A DNA stretch of 50,423 bases from Bacteroidia bacterium (GTDB lineage: Bacteria > Bacteroidota > Bacteroidia > AKYH767-A > OLB10). The stretch lies in the NCBI GenBank assembly GCA_013001815.1, contig JABDLV010000091.1, forward strand, positions 1 through 50,423. The letters run 5' to 3'. The position numbers and the translations under genes were made by a program. The notes below the pieces were generated by a model that was not told the origin of the DNA, searched no databases, and was given only the letters and a program-made list of their open reading frames with translations. Of the stretch, positions 17,772 to 26,213 are shown piece after piece. Within the stretch, counting starts at the first letter, position 1. Each line of letters opens with the position of its first letter.

Positions 17772-18932
17772 CTACTCAGTAAGTTTCTTTTTCGATTTCC
17801 CTTTTAAACCAAGTCTTTTTTTGTTTGATTTCTTTGTGGGTTTATTTAAGAAGTCTTTAGCAATTTCAGCATTGCTTTTCGGGCTTGTTAAATTGTAATT
17901 CTCATTAATGCTTGTTTTATTTGTTGCAGCTGTGTTTTTAATGGATTCAATATTGCTTCCATCAATAATAGCCGTTTCATTTTCAAGCAAATTTTTAATT
18001 GCATAGAATTTGTTTGGTGTAATTCTATTAAACAGTGTGCCATAGCCGTACAGGTGGTTTGATAAAACACCATAAACATGGTAAACACTATTGTCACTGT
18101 GAATTACAGAGCTGCCACTTTGACCAGGTATGGCATTCACTTTATGACCGATTTCATATTTGGCTACCGTGTCTAATGCACCATAACTATAGAATAGCAT
18201 ATTGCCATCGTATATTCTTGTAGAGTCAAAAGGATGCACGGCACTTGGATAACTAAAGTTATGAAAGATGCTGTTGGTGTAAAAATCACTTTGCTCTGTA
18301 TATCCAATCCCTACCCAACCTGTTTTATTTCCTATAGGTTTTTGCAACTCTAAGAATGCCATGTCATAATTTAAGTCAATTTCATCATACCAATTTTCAA
18401 AAACATAAAATTTTGTACTGATGGTTCTTCCTATTTCTGGTTTAATGGTAGAGTTATCATAAGAAGGTATTACAAGTATGCTATCCAGCCAATTTCTTTC
18501 AAGGTCAGTTTCATCAAAATAGTAGTAGATGCAATGAGCAGAGGTTACCACCATATTATCGCTAATCAATGTACCGGAGCACAACTCATGCAAACTGCCA
18601 TTTCTGTAATAAAATAGTTTTACAGCTGTTCTGGCGGGGTACGTAGAAGTATTAAACCATGATGATGCAGAATACACATCTGTAAATCCTGAGCCTGGCA
18701 TGTGACTTAAGCTTTTTCTTGTATTAAGATCTGCCACATTAGAAAGTTCACCCGTATTAAATATTGTTGAGTTTGATAGTTTAGAAGTATCAACCTGAAC
18801 ATCTTTAATATAATCAGTAGTACCATTTATAGCGTCATATCGTACCAATCCATTGTTTTGCGCAATTGCAAAATGAGTTGCAAGCAACAAACAAATAGAC
18901 AGAAGTATTCTATGTTTCACTAAGTATATCAT
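17772..18932 (-). CDS. Secreted trypsin-like (S1, V8/glutamyl-endopeptidase-like) serine protease with Lys-rich C-terminal tail
   Basis: Signal peptide, His block VVTSAHC, Asp block YDMAFLEL and Ser block GQSGSSV. The tail is KPTKKSNKKRLGLKGKSKKKLTE. No T9SS CTD is present. Confidence 0.75.
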   Translation of the reverse strand: MIYLVKHRILLSICLLLATHFAIAQNNGLVRYDAINGTTDYIKDVQVDTSKLSNSTIFNTGELSNVADLNTRKSLSHMPGSGFTDVYSASSWFNTSTYPARTAVKLFYYRNGSLHELCSGTLISDNMVVTSAHCIYYYFDETDLERNWLDSILVIPSYDNSTIKPEIGRTISTKFYVFENWYDEIDLNYDMAFLELQKPIGNKTGWVGIGYTEQSDFYTNSIFHNFSYPSAVHPFDSTRIYDGNMLFYSYGALDTVAKYEIGHKVNAIPGQSGSSVIHSDNSVYHVYGVLSNHLYGYGTLFNRITPNKFYAIKNLLENETAIIDGSNIESIKNTAATNKTSINENYNLTSPKSNAEIAKDFLNKPTKKSNKKRLGLKGKSKKKLTE

Positions 18933-19246
18933 AAGTATTTGCTTTATCTGGAGCTTTAGGGATTGAGGTTACTTTGGCCAGATGAAGAAGTGCTATATAT
19001 AATATAACGCATGGTTTAGTTTTTTTATTGGAAAAGTGGTAGACGAGTGCAAGTCACTACCTTATATATTATACGCTTTCGAAAGCTCTGGGGTTCCCGT
19101 ATATAAAGCTGAATGACATAAATTGCTAAATATCAATAGGATACAAGTTATATTGAATTCTTAAATGCGTTATTTTCTGCTAATTTTGCATGCTGTCAAA
19201 GACAGAATATTAATTTTTGTGTTTTGGCGAATGTCCAAAAATTGCA

Positions 19247-20692
19247 ATGGTATTTAGTTCACCCATATTTATTTTTCTATTCTTACCGCTTGTACTTTTA
19301 GTGTACTTTTTGCTGAAAGGAACAGCAAGAAAAAATCTGTGTTTACTTGTATTTAGTTTACTGTTTTATTTCTGGGGAGAAACCTATTTGGTATTACTGA
19401 TGTTGCTTTCCATTGGGTTAAATTATTTTTTCGGAATACAAATTGATAAGCAAAAAGACGGTAAAAGAAAAAAGCAGGTTTTATTAATGGGAGTTGCAAT
19501 TAATCTTCTAATATTAATTTCATTCAAGTATGCCAATTTTATAGTAGATAATTTAAATACAATTTTGGTGCAATTGAGTTTTTCACCAATTCATCTTAAA
19601 TCTATTCACTTACCCATAGGGATTTCATTCTTTACATTTCAAAGCATGTCATATATAATTGATGTGTATAGAAATACCAATAAAGTATCCAGAAGCCTTA
19701 CCAATGTGGCATTATATATCTCTCTATTTCCGCAATTAATTGCGGGGCCTATTGTTCGATATCATGATGTAGCGGGGCAAATTATTGATAGAAATATAAA
19801 AGTTGAATTATTTGCAGCCGGGGCAAAAAGATTTATAATTGGTTTAGCAAAAAAAGTTTTAATTGCTAACACGGTTGCACGGGTGGCAGATCATATTTTT
19901 GATTTGCCAATTGGAGAACATACTATTGCTGTAGCCTGGTTAGGTGCTGTTGCCTATTCATTGCAAATTTATTTTGATTTTTCCGGTTACTCTGATATGG
20001 CGATTGGATTAGGCAACATGTTTGGATTTAAATTTCCTGAAAATTTTAACTACCCATACATTTCTAAATCAATAAAAGAATTTTGGCGCAGATGGCACAT
20101 ATCATTGTCATCATGGTTTAGAGACTACTTATATATTCCACTGGGAGGAAACAGAATAAATGCAAGCAGAACTTATTTTAATCTGATAACCGTTTTCTTT
20201 TTAACCGGTTTGTGGCATGGAGCAAGCTGGAGCTTTGTGGTTTGGGGATTATATCATGGTTTCTTTTTAATCCTTGAAAGAATTGGCTTGGAACGTGCAT
20301 TAAACAAAGTTGGATTTTTTGTTGGCAATGCATATGCATTAGTAGTGGTGATAATTGGTTGGGTATTTTTCAGAGCAGATAACTTTCCATATGCCTGGAG
20401 CTATTTAAAAGCAATGTTTGGATTAGATAATCCGTCAAAAGAGAAATTCAATTTTGCTTATTACATGGATAATGAAATTGCATTAACACTAATTGCAGGT
20501 ATCGTTCTGTCCATGCCCTTATTTTTTAAATTAAAAACATTGAGAGCGAAATTGTTTAATGTTATTCCCGGTACTATATTTCAAATGAGTTTGAATGGCC
20601 TAATTACTGTGTTATACATTGTGTTATTCATTTGGTCTGTAATTTATATTTCAAGTGATACGTACAACCCATTTATTTATTTTAGATTTTAA
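19247..20692 (+). CDS. MBOAT-family membrane O-acyltransferase (AlgI/DltB-like), copy 1
   Basis: Motifs FFTFQSMSYIIDVY, FPQLIAGPIVR, RRWHISLSSWFRDYLYIPLGG and GLWHGASW. ATG 19247 (MVFSSPIFIFLF) is preferred over the TTG at 19217. Confidence 0.85.
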   Translation: MVFSSPIFIFLFLPLVLLVYFLLKGTARKNLCLLVFSLLFYFWGETYLVLLMLLSIGLNYFFGIQIDKQKDGKRKKQVLLMGVAINLLILISFKYANFIVDNLNTILVQLSFSPIHLKSIHLPIGISFFTFQSMSYIIDVYRNTNKVSRSLTNVALYISLFPQLIAGPIVRYHDVAGQIIDRNIKVELFAAGAKRFIIGLAKKVLIANTVARVADHIFDLPIGEHTIAVAWLGAVAYSLQIYFDFSGYSDMAIGLGNMFGFKFPENFNYPYISKSIKEFWRRWHISLSSWFRDYLYIPLGGNRINASRTYFNLITVFFLTGLWHGASWSFVVWGLYHGFFLILERIGLERALNKVGFFVGNAYALVVVIIGWVFFRADNFPYAWSYLKAMFGLDNPSKEKFNFAYYMDNEIALTLIAGIVLSMPLFFKLKTLRAKLFNVIPGTIFQMSLNGLITVLYIVLFIWSVIYISSDTYNPFIYFRF

Positions 20693-21834
20693 TGATGAAT
20701 GTAAAGAACATATTGACTTATGCTTTCGTGGTGCTCTTTATTGCAGTTCTCCTTATCCCCTTGTTGCGTTCATTTAGTTCAGTTAATGATAGCACTGCTT
20801 GGATGGAAAAAAGAGAAGTTGCTGAGTTTCCTTCGTTACAATTCAACAAACTGGATAAATTCCCAAAGCAGTTCAACGCATTTTTTAATGATCATCTAGG
20901 CTTTAGAAAGTATATCATGCTGGCGAATGGCATCATTAAAAATGACTTATTCAATGTAAGTAGTAGACCTGATAAGGTAATTAAGGGAAAAGATGGTTGG
21001 TTGTATTTGGCACGAGACGATTTTAATGAAGATTATTATATGAACGTGAATCCTTTCACAGAAAATAATTTGAATGCAGTTTGTGAAGAGATACAAAGGA
21101 GAAAAGACATTTTAGCTGAACTAAATATAGAATACTATCTGTTTATGCTACCAAGTAAACATCACGTATACCCTGAAAATTTACCCGATAATATTAATCA
21201 ACTTGATACCATAAGTAGATTGGATCAATTTATGAATCACATGCAAAGCGATTACAATGTGAATGTGATAAATACTCTAGATACCGTAATTCAAACGAAA
21301 TCAGATACAGCCTATTTTTATGATAAGGATACCCATTGGAATTTACATGGTGCAGCATTCGTTTACACAGTTATGATGGATGAGTTGAAAAAGAGATATT
21401 CCGATTTGAATATTCTGAACTGTATGAGTTGGGAAAGAAAAACTACTGTAATTGAACATCAAGGGGATTTGTCTTTATTAATGGGCAGGTACGATTATAA
21501 AATGAAGAATAATGTGGTAACTGTTCCTCCGTCAGATTTTAAAGTGAATTATGAAAGTGTTGCAGTTGGAGAACTTCCTGAAAAAGATAAATTCTTGGCA
21601 GCACCAGAGCGGTTTGTGTCCAATGATTCGCTCGCACCAAAAGTTGTGGTGATGCATGATTCTTTTGCTACATTGCTAAAGAAATTTATGGCAACGGGTT
21701 TTTCAGAATCATTGTTTGTATGGACACACGAGTTTACACCGGAAATTATTGAACAAGAGAAACCTCAAATAGTAATTGAACTGATGGCCGAACGATTTTT
21801 AACTCAATTGCAAGAAAAAGAAATAGAAAAATAA
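20692..21834 (+). CDS. AlgJ/AlgX-like SGNH-type periplasmic O-acyltransferase partner (N-terminal TM anchor), copy 1
   Basis: Motifs EFP...FNAFFNDHLGFR, KDGWLYL, LPSKHHVYPENLP and DKDTHWNLHGA, then VVVMHDSF...IVIELMAERF near the C-terminus. The start overlaps the MBOAT stop (TAATG). Confidence 0.65.
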   Translation: MMNVKNILTYAFVVLFIAVLLIPLLRSFSSVNDSTAWMEKREVAEFPSLQFNKLDKFPKQFNAFFNDHLGFRKYIMLANGIIKNDLFNVSSRPDKVIKGKDGWLYLARDDFNEDYYMNVNPFTENNLNAVCEEIQRRKDILAELNIEYYLFMLPSKHHVYPENLPDNINQLDTISRLDQFMNHMQSDYNVNVINTLDTVIQTKSDTAYFYDKDTHWNLHGAAFVYTVMMDELKKRYSDLNILNCMSWERKTTVIEHQGDLSLLMGRYDYKMKNNVVTVPPSDFKVNYESVAVGELPEKDKFLAAPERFVSNDSLAPKVVVMHDSFATLLKKFMATGFSESLFVWTHEFTPEIIEQEKPQIVIELMAERFLTQLQEKEIEK

Positions 21835-21835
21835 C

Positions 21836-23287
21836 ATGCTCTTTAATTCATTTGAGTTTTTTATTTTTTTTCCAATTGTAATTTGGATTTATTTCATTAC
21901 TCCTTCAAAGTATAGGTGGGTATGGCTGTTATCTGTCAGCTACTATTTTTATATGTGCTGGAAGTCTGCCTACATTATATTGATAGCCACATCAACATTG
22001 GTAGATTACTTCGCAGGAATCTATATTCATCAATCGAAAACAAAAAGTAGGCGAAAGCTGCTTTTGTACTTGAGTCTATTTGTAAACCTTGGTTTATTAT
22101 TTGTTTTTAAGTATTTAGATTTCTTTAATGATACCATTGGTTCTGTATTTAATCAGTTCAATATATTTTATGATGTGCCAGCGTATAATTTTTTATTACC
22201 CGTTGGGATATCATTCTACACATTTCAAACTTTAAGTTATACCATTGATGTATATAAAGGCAGAATAGAACCTGAAAGACATTTAGGACGTTTTGCTTTA
22301 TATGTTTCATTTTTCCCGCAGTTGGTAGCTGGTCCAATTGAGCGAGCAACAAGATTATTACCTCAATTTAAAAAGGTGCATACATTCGATTACAATAGAG
22401 TGAAAAATGGCTTGCTCTTAATTTTGTGGGGACTGTTTAAAAAAGTGGTAATAGCAGATAGGGTTTCGGAATATGTAAATACGGTGTATAATAATCCGGG
22501 AATGTATTCAGGTTTGCAAAGTATTCTTGCAACCTACTTTTTTGCCTTTCAGATCTACTGTGACTTCTCCGGGTATTCTGACATTGCCATTGGAGCTGCA
22601 TTGGTATTGGGTTATGAGTTAATTGTAAATTTTAAACGTCCCTATTTTTCAAGAACATTTAAAGAAGTATTCAATCGCTGGCATATTTCACTTTACAATT
22701 GGTTTAGAGATTACGTATATGTTCCACTAGGGCTCAAGTTTCGGTCTAAATTTTTTAGACAGGCAATATTAGTATTGGTGTTTTTACTTACCGGTTTATG
22801 GCATGGTGCAGAATGGACATTTGTTTTGTGGGGTGGATTGTGTGCCCTCATTATTGTACTTGGAACGCTCACACAAAAATTAAGAAATAATTTATTTGAT
22901 AGAGCAGGAATTAAACGCAGTAATAAATTTAGAATTATATATGATGTAGTCATTACATTCCATTTTTGCTTTTTAGTATTCATCATGTTTAGAGCACAAT
23001 CCGTATCTCATTTTGTAGATATGGTTGCAAGTATGTTTCATATTGATTTTGCATCTCAATTCACAAACATAAATTTATTCTTAGTGCCGGCAGATATGGC
23101 AATTGGTGTGGTGAGTATTTTGTTTCTATTAGGAATTGAATTATTGCAGGAGAAATATGGTTCTAAGAAACTATTTTATTCCATGGTGCCAAGATGGGGT
23201 AGGTGGACATTTGTAGGAATGATTATAATGAGCATTATACTATTTGGAAAATTTGATAATGTTGACTTTTTATATTTTCAATTTTAG
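21836..23287 (+). CDS. MBOAT-family membrane O-acyltransferase, copy 2
   Basis: Motifs MLFNSFEFFIFF, FYTFQTLSYTIDVY, FPQLVAGPIER, NRWHISLYNWFRDYVYVPLG and GLWHGAEW. It starts 1 nt after the upstream stop. Confidence 0.85.
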   Translation: MLFNSFEFFIFFPIVIWIYFITPSKYRWVWLLSVSYYFYMCWKSAYIILIATSTLVDYFAGIYIHQSKTKSRRKLLLYLSLFVNLGLLFVFKYLDFFNDTIGSVFNQFNIFYDVPAYNFLLPVGISFYTFQTLSYTIDVYKGRIEPERHLGRFALYVSFFPQLVAGPIERATRLLPQFKKVHTFDYNRVKNGLLLILWGLFKKVVIADRVSEYVNTVYNNPGMYSGLQSILATYFFAFQIYCDFSGYSDIAIGAALVLGYELIVNFKRPYFSRTFKEVFNRWHISLYNWFRDYVYVPLGLKFRSKFFRQAILVLVFLLTGLWHGAEWTFVLWGGLCALIIVLGTLTQKLRNNLFDRAGIKRSNKFRIIYDVVITFHFCFLVFIMFRAQSVSHFVDMVASMFHIDFASQFTNINLFLVPADMAIGVVSILFLLGIELLQEKYGSKKLFYSMVPRWGRWTFVGMIIMSIILFGKFDNVDFLYFQF

Positions 23288-23289
23288 TG

Positions 23290-24315
23290 ATGAAGGAAAA
23301 AGGACTTAAATATGGAATATATGCTGCAGGTGTTGCTTGCTTGCTGATATTTGTATTGGTGCGTTTAACAAATGTTCCTGCATCGCTGGTTGTAGACTTA
23401 GACAATACAGGTGATTTGTACAGGCAGAACTATATTGATTTGTTTAAAGAGGAATTGCCAGCAAAATCCATTGCGTTTAATCAGTCACCTAAACACGCCT
23501 CTATAGATGACGCAGAGATATTAATTTTTGGTGATTCATTCTTTAATTTTAGAAGGCATAAGTCGGTGCCGGAGTATGTTGCAGACAGTTTAAATAAAAA
23601 AGTATTTTTTCACAAGGACTATAGTGTAAAGGATGTGCTTGCGGGTGCTAATTTTGATGGAGATAATAAAAAGCTGTTGATTTTTGAATTAGCCGAAAGA
23701 GGTATTACCATAAAATTTGGGCCTGATATAGTTGAATCTAAAAAGTTTGAGTTTGATTTGTTTACGCAATTGGATACAACCTTCTTTTCAGAAAAATATA
23801 ATAAGCGTTATCGATATTTATTGGAAAGAAGTAAACTGTCACACAACGTTTATTCCTCTTTAAATACTTTTAATTTTAATGCGTTTAAAAGCATTAGCAG
23901 CTTCACTCCCGTGTATACAAAAGAACCGGCTTGTCTGTTTTATGGTAAGACAGTGAATAATAAACCCGGGAGTTATAATTTTAATTATTCGCCTGCACTT
24001 ATAAATTTTTATTCTGATAATATATTGGATTGGAAGAATGAAATAGAACAAAAGTATAATGTAGAAGTACTGTTTTATTTCATTCCTAATAAGTCTTCTG
24101 TTTATCACGAGAAAATTAGCAATGAAGGGTACAATAATTTTCTTCCTAGGTTAAGCACTGCGCTTAATGCAAGAGGGGTGAAGCACATAAGCATGTATGA
24201 AGAGTTTGAGGCTGCTGAAGAAATATTATACTACCCTACAGATACTCATTGGAATGATGCCGGAACTAAAATGGGAGCAGAAAAACTTATTAAATATTTA
24301 AGAACGAATAATTAG
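23290..24315 (+). CDS. SGNH/DHHW-type O-acyltransferase partner, copy 2 (motif order permuted relative to copy 1)
   Basis: N-terminal TM anchor. ILIFGDSF...LLIFELAERG lies near the N-terminus, followed by FYFIPNKSSVYHE and YYPTDTHWNDAG near the C-terminus. The start is ATG 23290 (or GTG 23287, which overlaps the MBOAT stop). Confidence 0.55.
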   Translation: MKEKGLKYGIYAAGVACLLIFVLVRLTNVPASLVVDLDNTGDLYRQNYIDLFKEELPAKSIAFNQSPKHASIDDAEILIFGDSFFNFRRHKSVPEYVADSLNKKVFFHKDYSVKDVLAGANFDGDNKKLLIFELAERGITIKFGPDIVESKKFEFDLFTQLDTTFFSEKYNKRYRYLLERSKLSHNVYSSLNTFNFNAFKSISSFTPVYTKEPACLFYGKTVNNKPGSYNFNYSPALINFYSDNILDWKNEIEQKYNVEVLFYFIPNKSSVYHEKISNEGYNNFLPRLSTALNARGVKHISMYEEFEAAEEILYYPTDTHWNDAGTKMGAEKLIKYLRTNN

Positions 24316-26198
24316 ACTCGTATATCAAAGTGAGTCGACATCAAGGTTAAATTAGGACTGTAAGACGGGTCGTGTTCAATGTATTTTTTCCAATGCTCTT
24401 TAAAATATTTCACAGCATGTAAGTGTTTTTTATGGGACTCTTCACTTGCATGTGGATTCCCTCTTGACAAAGACTCATAGTGATACAATTCTACATTAGG
24501 CAGATAAACATTTCTGTATCCAGCTTCTAGTACTCGCAAACAGAAATCTACATCATTAAATTCAACCGGTAATTTTTCTTCAAAACCATTAACCTGCTCA
24601 AATTTTTCTTTTTTTATCATTAAACAAGCTGCGGTAACTGCACTATAGTTGTTAATGGACTTAATCGCATAAAAATATCCATCATCATTTGCTTCTTTTC
24701 CAATAAAGGTATGTCCGGCAATACCGCCAAGCCCTATTACTGTTCCGGAGTGCTGTATGGTGCCATTTGGATATAGTAATTTTGCACCCACTGCACCAAT
24801 ATCCTTTAGCTGGGCAAACTCAAGCATGTTTTGAATCCAGTTAGGTGTAATAACCTCCATGTCATTATTCAATAGCAGCACAAAATCACCACTGCTTCTC
24901 TTTACACCAACATTCATTAGCGTAGAAAAATTAAACTCTATGGAAAGTCGAATGGCCTGAAACCTATCATTTAAGTTTGACTTGTATTGATCTGTTAGCT
25001 TATGAAATGATTCTTCTGTGCTGTCATTGTCAATTACGATTATTTCATAATTCTTGTAAGTGCTTTTTTCTATGATTGAATCAATGCATTTTTTTAGTAC
25101 CTCAGCTTCGTTTTTTGATGGGATTATAATACTGACCTTGTAATTTTCTTTTAATTCAGGATGTACTTCATAATAGCCCGGCATTCCTTCTTGCAATGCA
25201 ACGGTTCCATTAATTCCTCTTCGCTGAAGTGCTTCTGTTAATGCTTTTACGCCTGCTTCATAAGCATAGGGCTTTGCCGCATCGCTGTCTGTGCTAGAAT
25301 CATTGTGTATACGCCAATGATAAAGCACTTTGGGTATGTGTTTAATATTCTGAGTTCTTTCTGTAAAGCGCAAAAGTAAATCGTAATCCTGACTGCCTTC
25401 AAAACCCGTGCGCATTCCACTTAGTTCGTTCAGTATAGATTTTCTAAACACACTGAGGTGAGTGATGTAATTTCTGGCTAAAAAACTTTCCGGGCTCCAG
25501 TCAGGTTTAAAATACGGATTGCCCGTATTTCCTCTTGCATCTACAAAGTCTTCATCCGAATAAATCAAATCGTGTGTTTGATCAGCATTTAGTTCTTTTA
25601 CAATTTCATATAAAGCTTCCGGTGCAAGCAAGTCATCATGGTCTAAAAATGCAACAAATTCACCGCTTGCAAGTTCTATGGCATCATTAGTGTTCGCAGA
25701 GATATGTCCATTTTCACTTCTGAAATTCAGCTTCACTTTACTATTGCTTGCTTTGATTTGCTTTAGGTATTCAATTACTCCCGGAATGGTAGAATAATCG
25801 TCAGAAATACAAAGTTCCCAGTTCTCATATATCTGATTGAATACAGAATCACAACATTGTTCTAAAAATTTGAGGTTACTGTTATAAACCGGCAATACAA
25901 TGCTTATTAATGGCTGATACTTGAAATTAGGTATGAGTTTTTTATATTCTTTTAAATCAGATGCAGTGGGGGAGTTGAATCGTTTCCATTCTTTGTATCC
26001 GCTGCTATCAAATAAATTAATACCCAGCGTTTTTCTAACTACATAGCGCGCTGTTTTATGAAGCATTCTGCTCCCTCTTTCATAAGCCTTTTTTTTAAAT
26101 AAAAAAGAAACAACTCTTCTTGGAGTAACATCTTTCATATCAACCGGAGTTTTTGAAAGTGTTAATTCAGAAATTGCTTTTTGAATGAGTCTTTTCAT
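24312..26198 (-). CDS. Bifunctional glycosyltransferase with two GT2 domains
   Basis: Two GT-A modules are present: ISIVLPVYNS...FLDHDD and VSIIIPSKNE...IIVIDNDST...LLLNNDME. Confidence 0.85.
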   Translation of the reverse strand: MKRLIQKAISELTLSKTPVDMKDVTPRRVVSFLFKKKAYERGSRMLHKTARYVVRKTLGINLFDSSGYKEWKRFNSPTASDLKEYKKLIPNFKYQPLISIVLPVYNSNLKFLEQCCDSVFNQIYENWELCISDDYSTIPGVIEYLKQIKASNSKVKLNFRSENGHISANTNDAIELASGEFVAFLDHDDLLAPEALYEIVKELNADQTHDLIYSDEDFVDARGNTGNPYFKPDWSPESFLARNYITHLSVFRKSILNELSGMRTGFEGSQDYDLLLRFTERTQNIKHIPKVLYHWRIHNDSSTDSDAAKPYAYEAGVKALTEALQRRGINGTVALQEGMPGYYEVHPELKENYKVSIIIPSKNEAEVLKKCIDSIIEKSTYKNYEIIVIDNDSTEESFHKLTDQYKSNLNDRFQAIRLSIEFNFSTLMNVGVKRSSGDFVLLLNNDMEVITPNWIQNMLEFAQLKDIGAVGAKLLYPNGTIQHSGTVIGLGGIAGHTFIGKEANDDGYFYAIKSINNYSAVTAACLMIKKEKFEQVNGFEEKLPVEFNDVDFCLRVLEAGYRNVYLPNVELYHYESLSRGNPHASEESHKKHLHAVKYFKEHWKKYIEHDPSYSPNLTLMSTHFDIRV

Positions 26199-26213
26199 GA
26201 AGGGAGATAAAAA

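Noticed and set aside
18949-19091. Possible invertible (phase-variable) promoter upstream of the glycan operon: CTGGAGCTTT (18949-18958) versus AAAGCTCTGG (19082-19091), plus a 12-bp palindrome GCTTTCGAAAGC (19075-19086).
   Set aside because: The inverted repeats match at only 7 contiguous bp. No TAnnTTTG box lies inside the segment in either orientation, and no recombinase gene is nearby. A TAATTTTG box at 19181-19188 outside the segment is a simpler promoter candidate, although its nearest TTG is 25 nt upstream.
19217-19246. TTG-initiated extension (MCFGECPKIA) of the first MBOAT.
   Set aside because: MBOAT proteins, including copy 2 here, begin directly with the first TM segment (M[LV]F[NS]S...). 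ATG 19247 gives that N-terminus.
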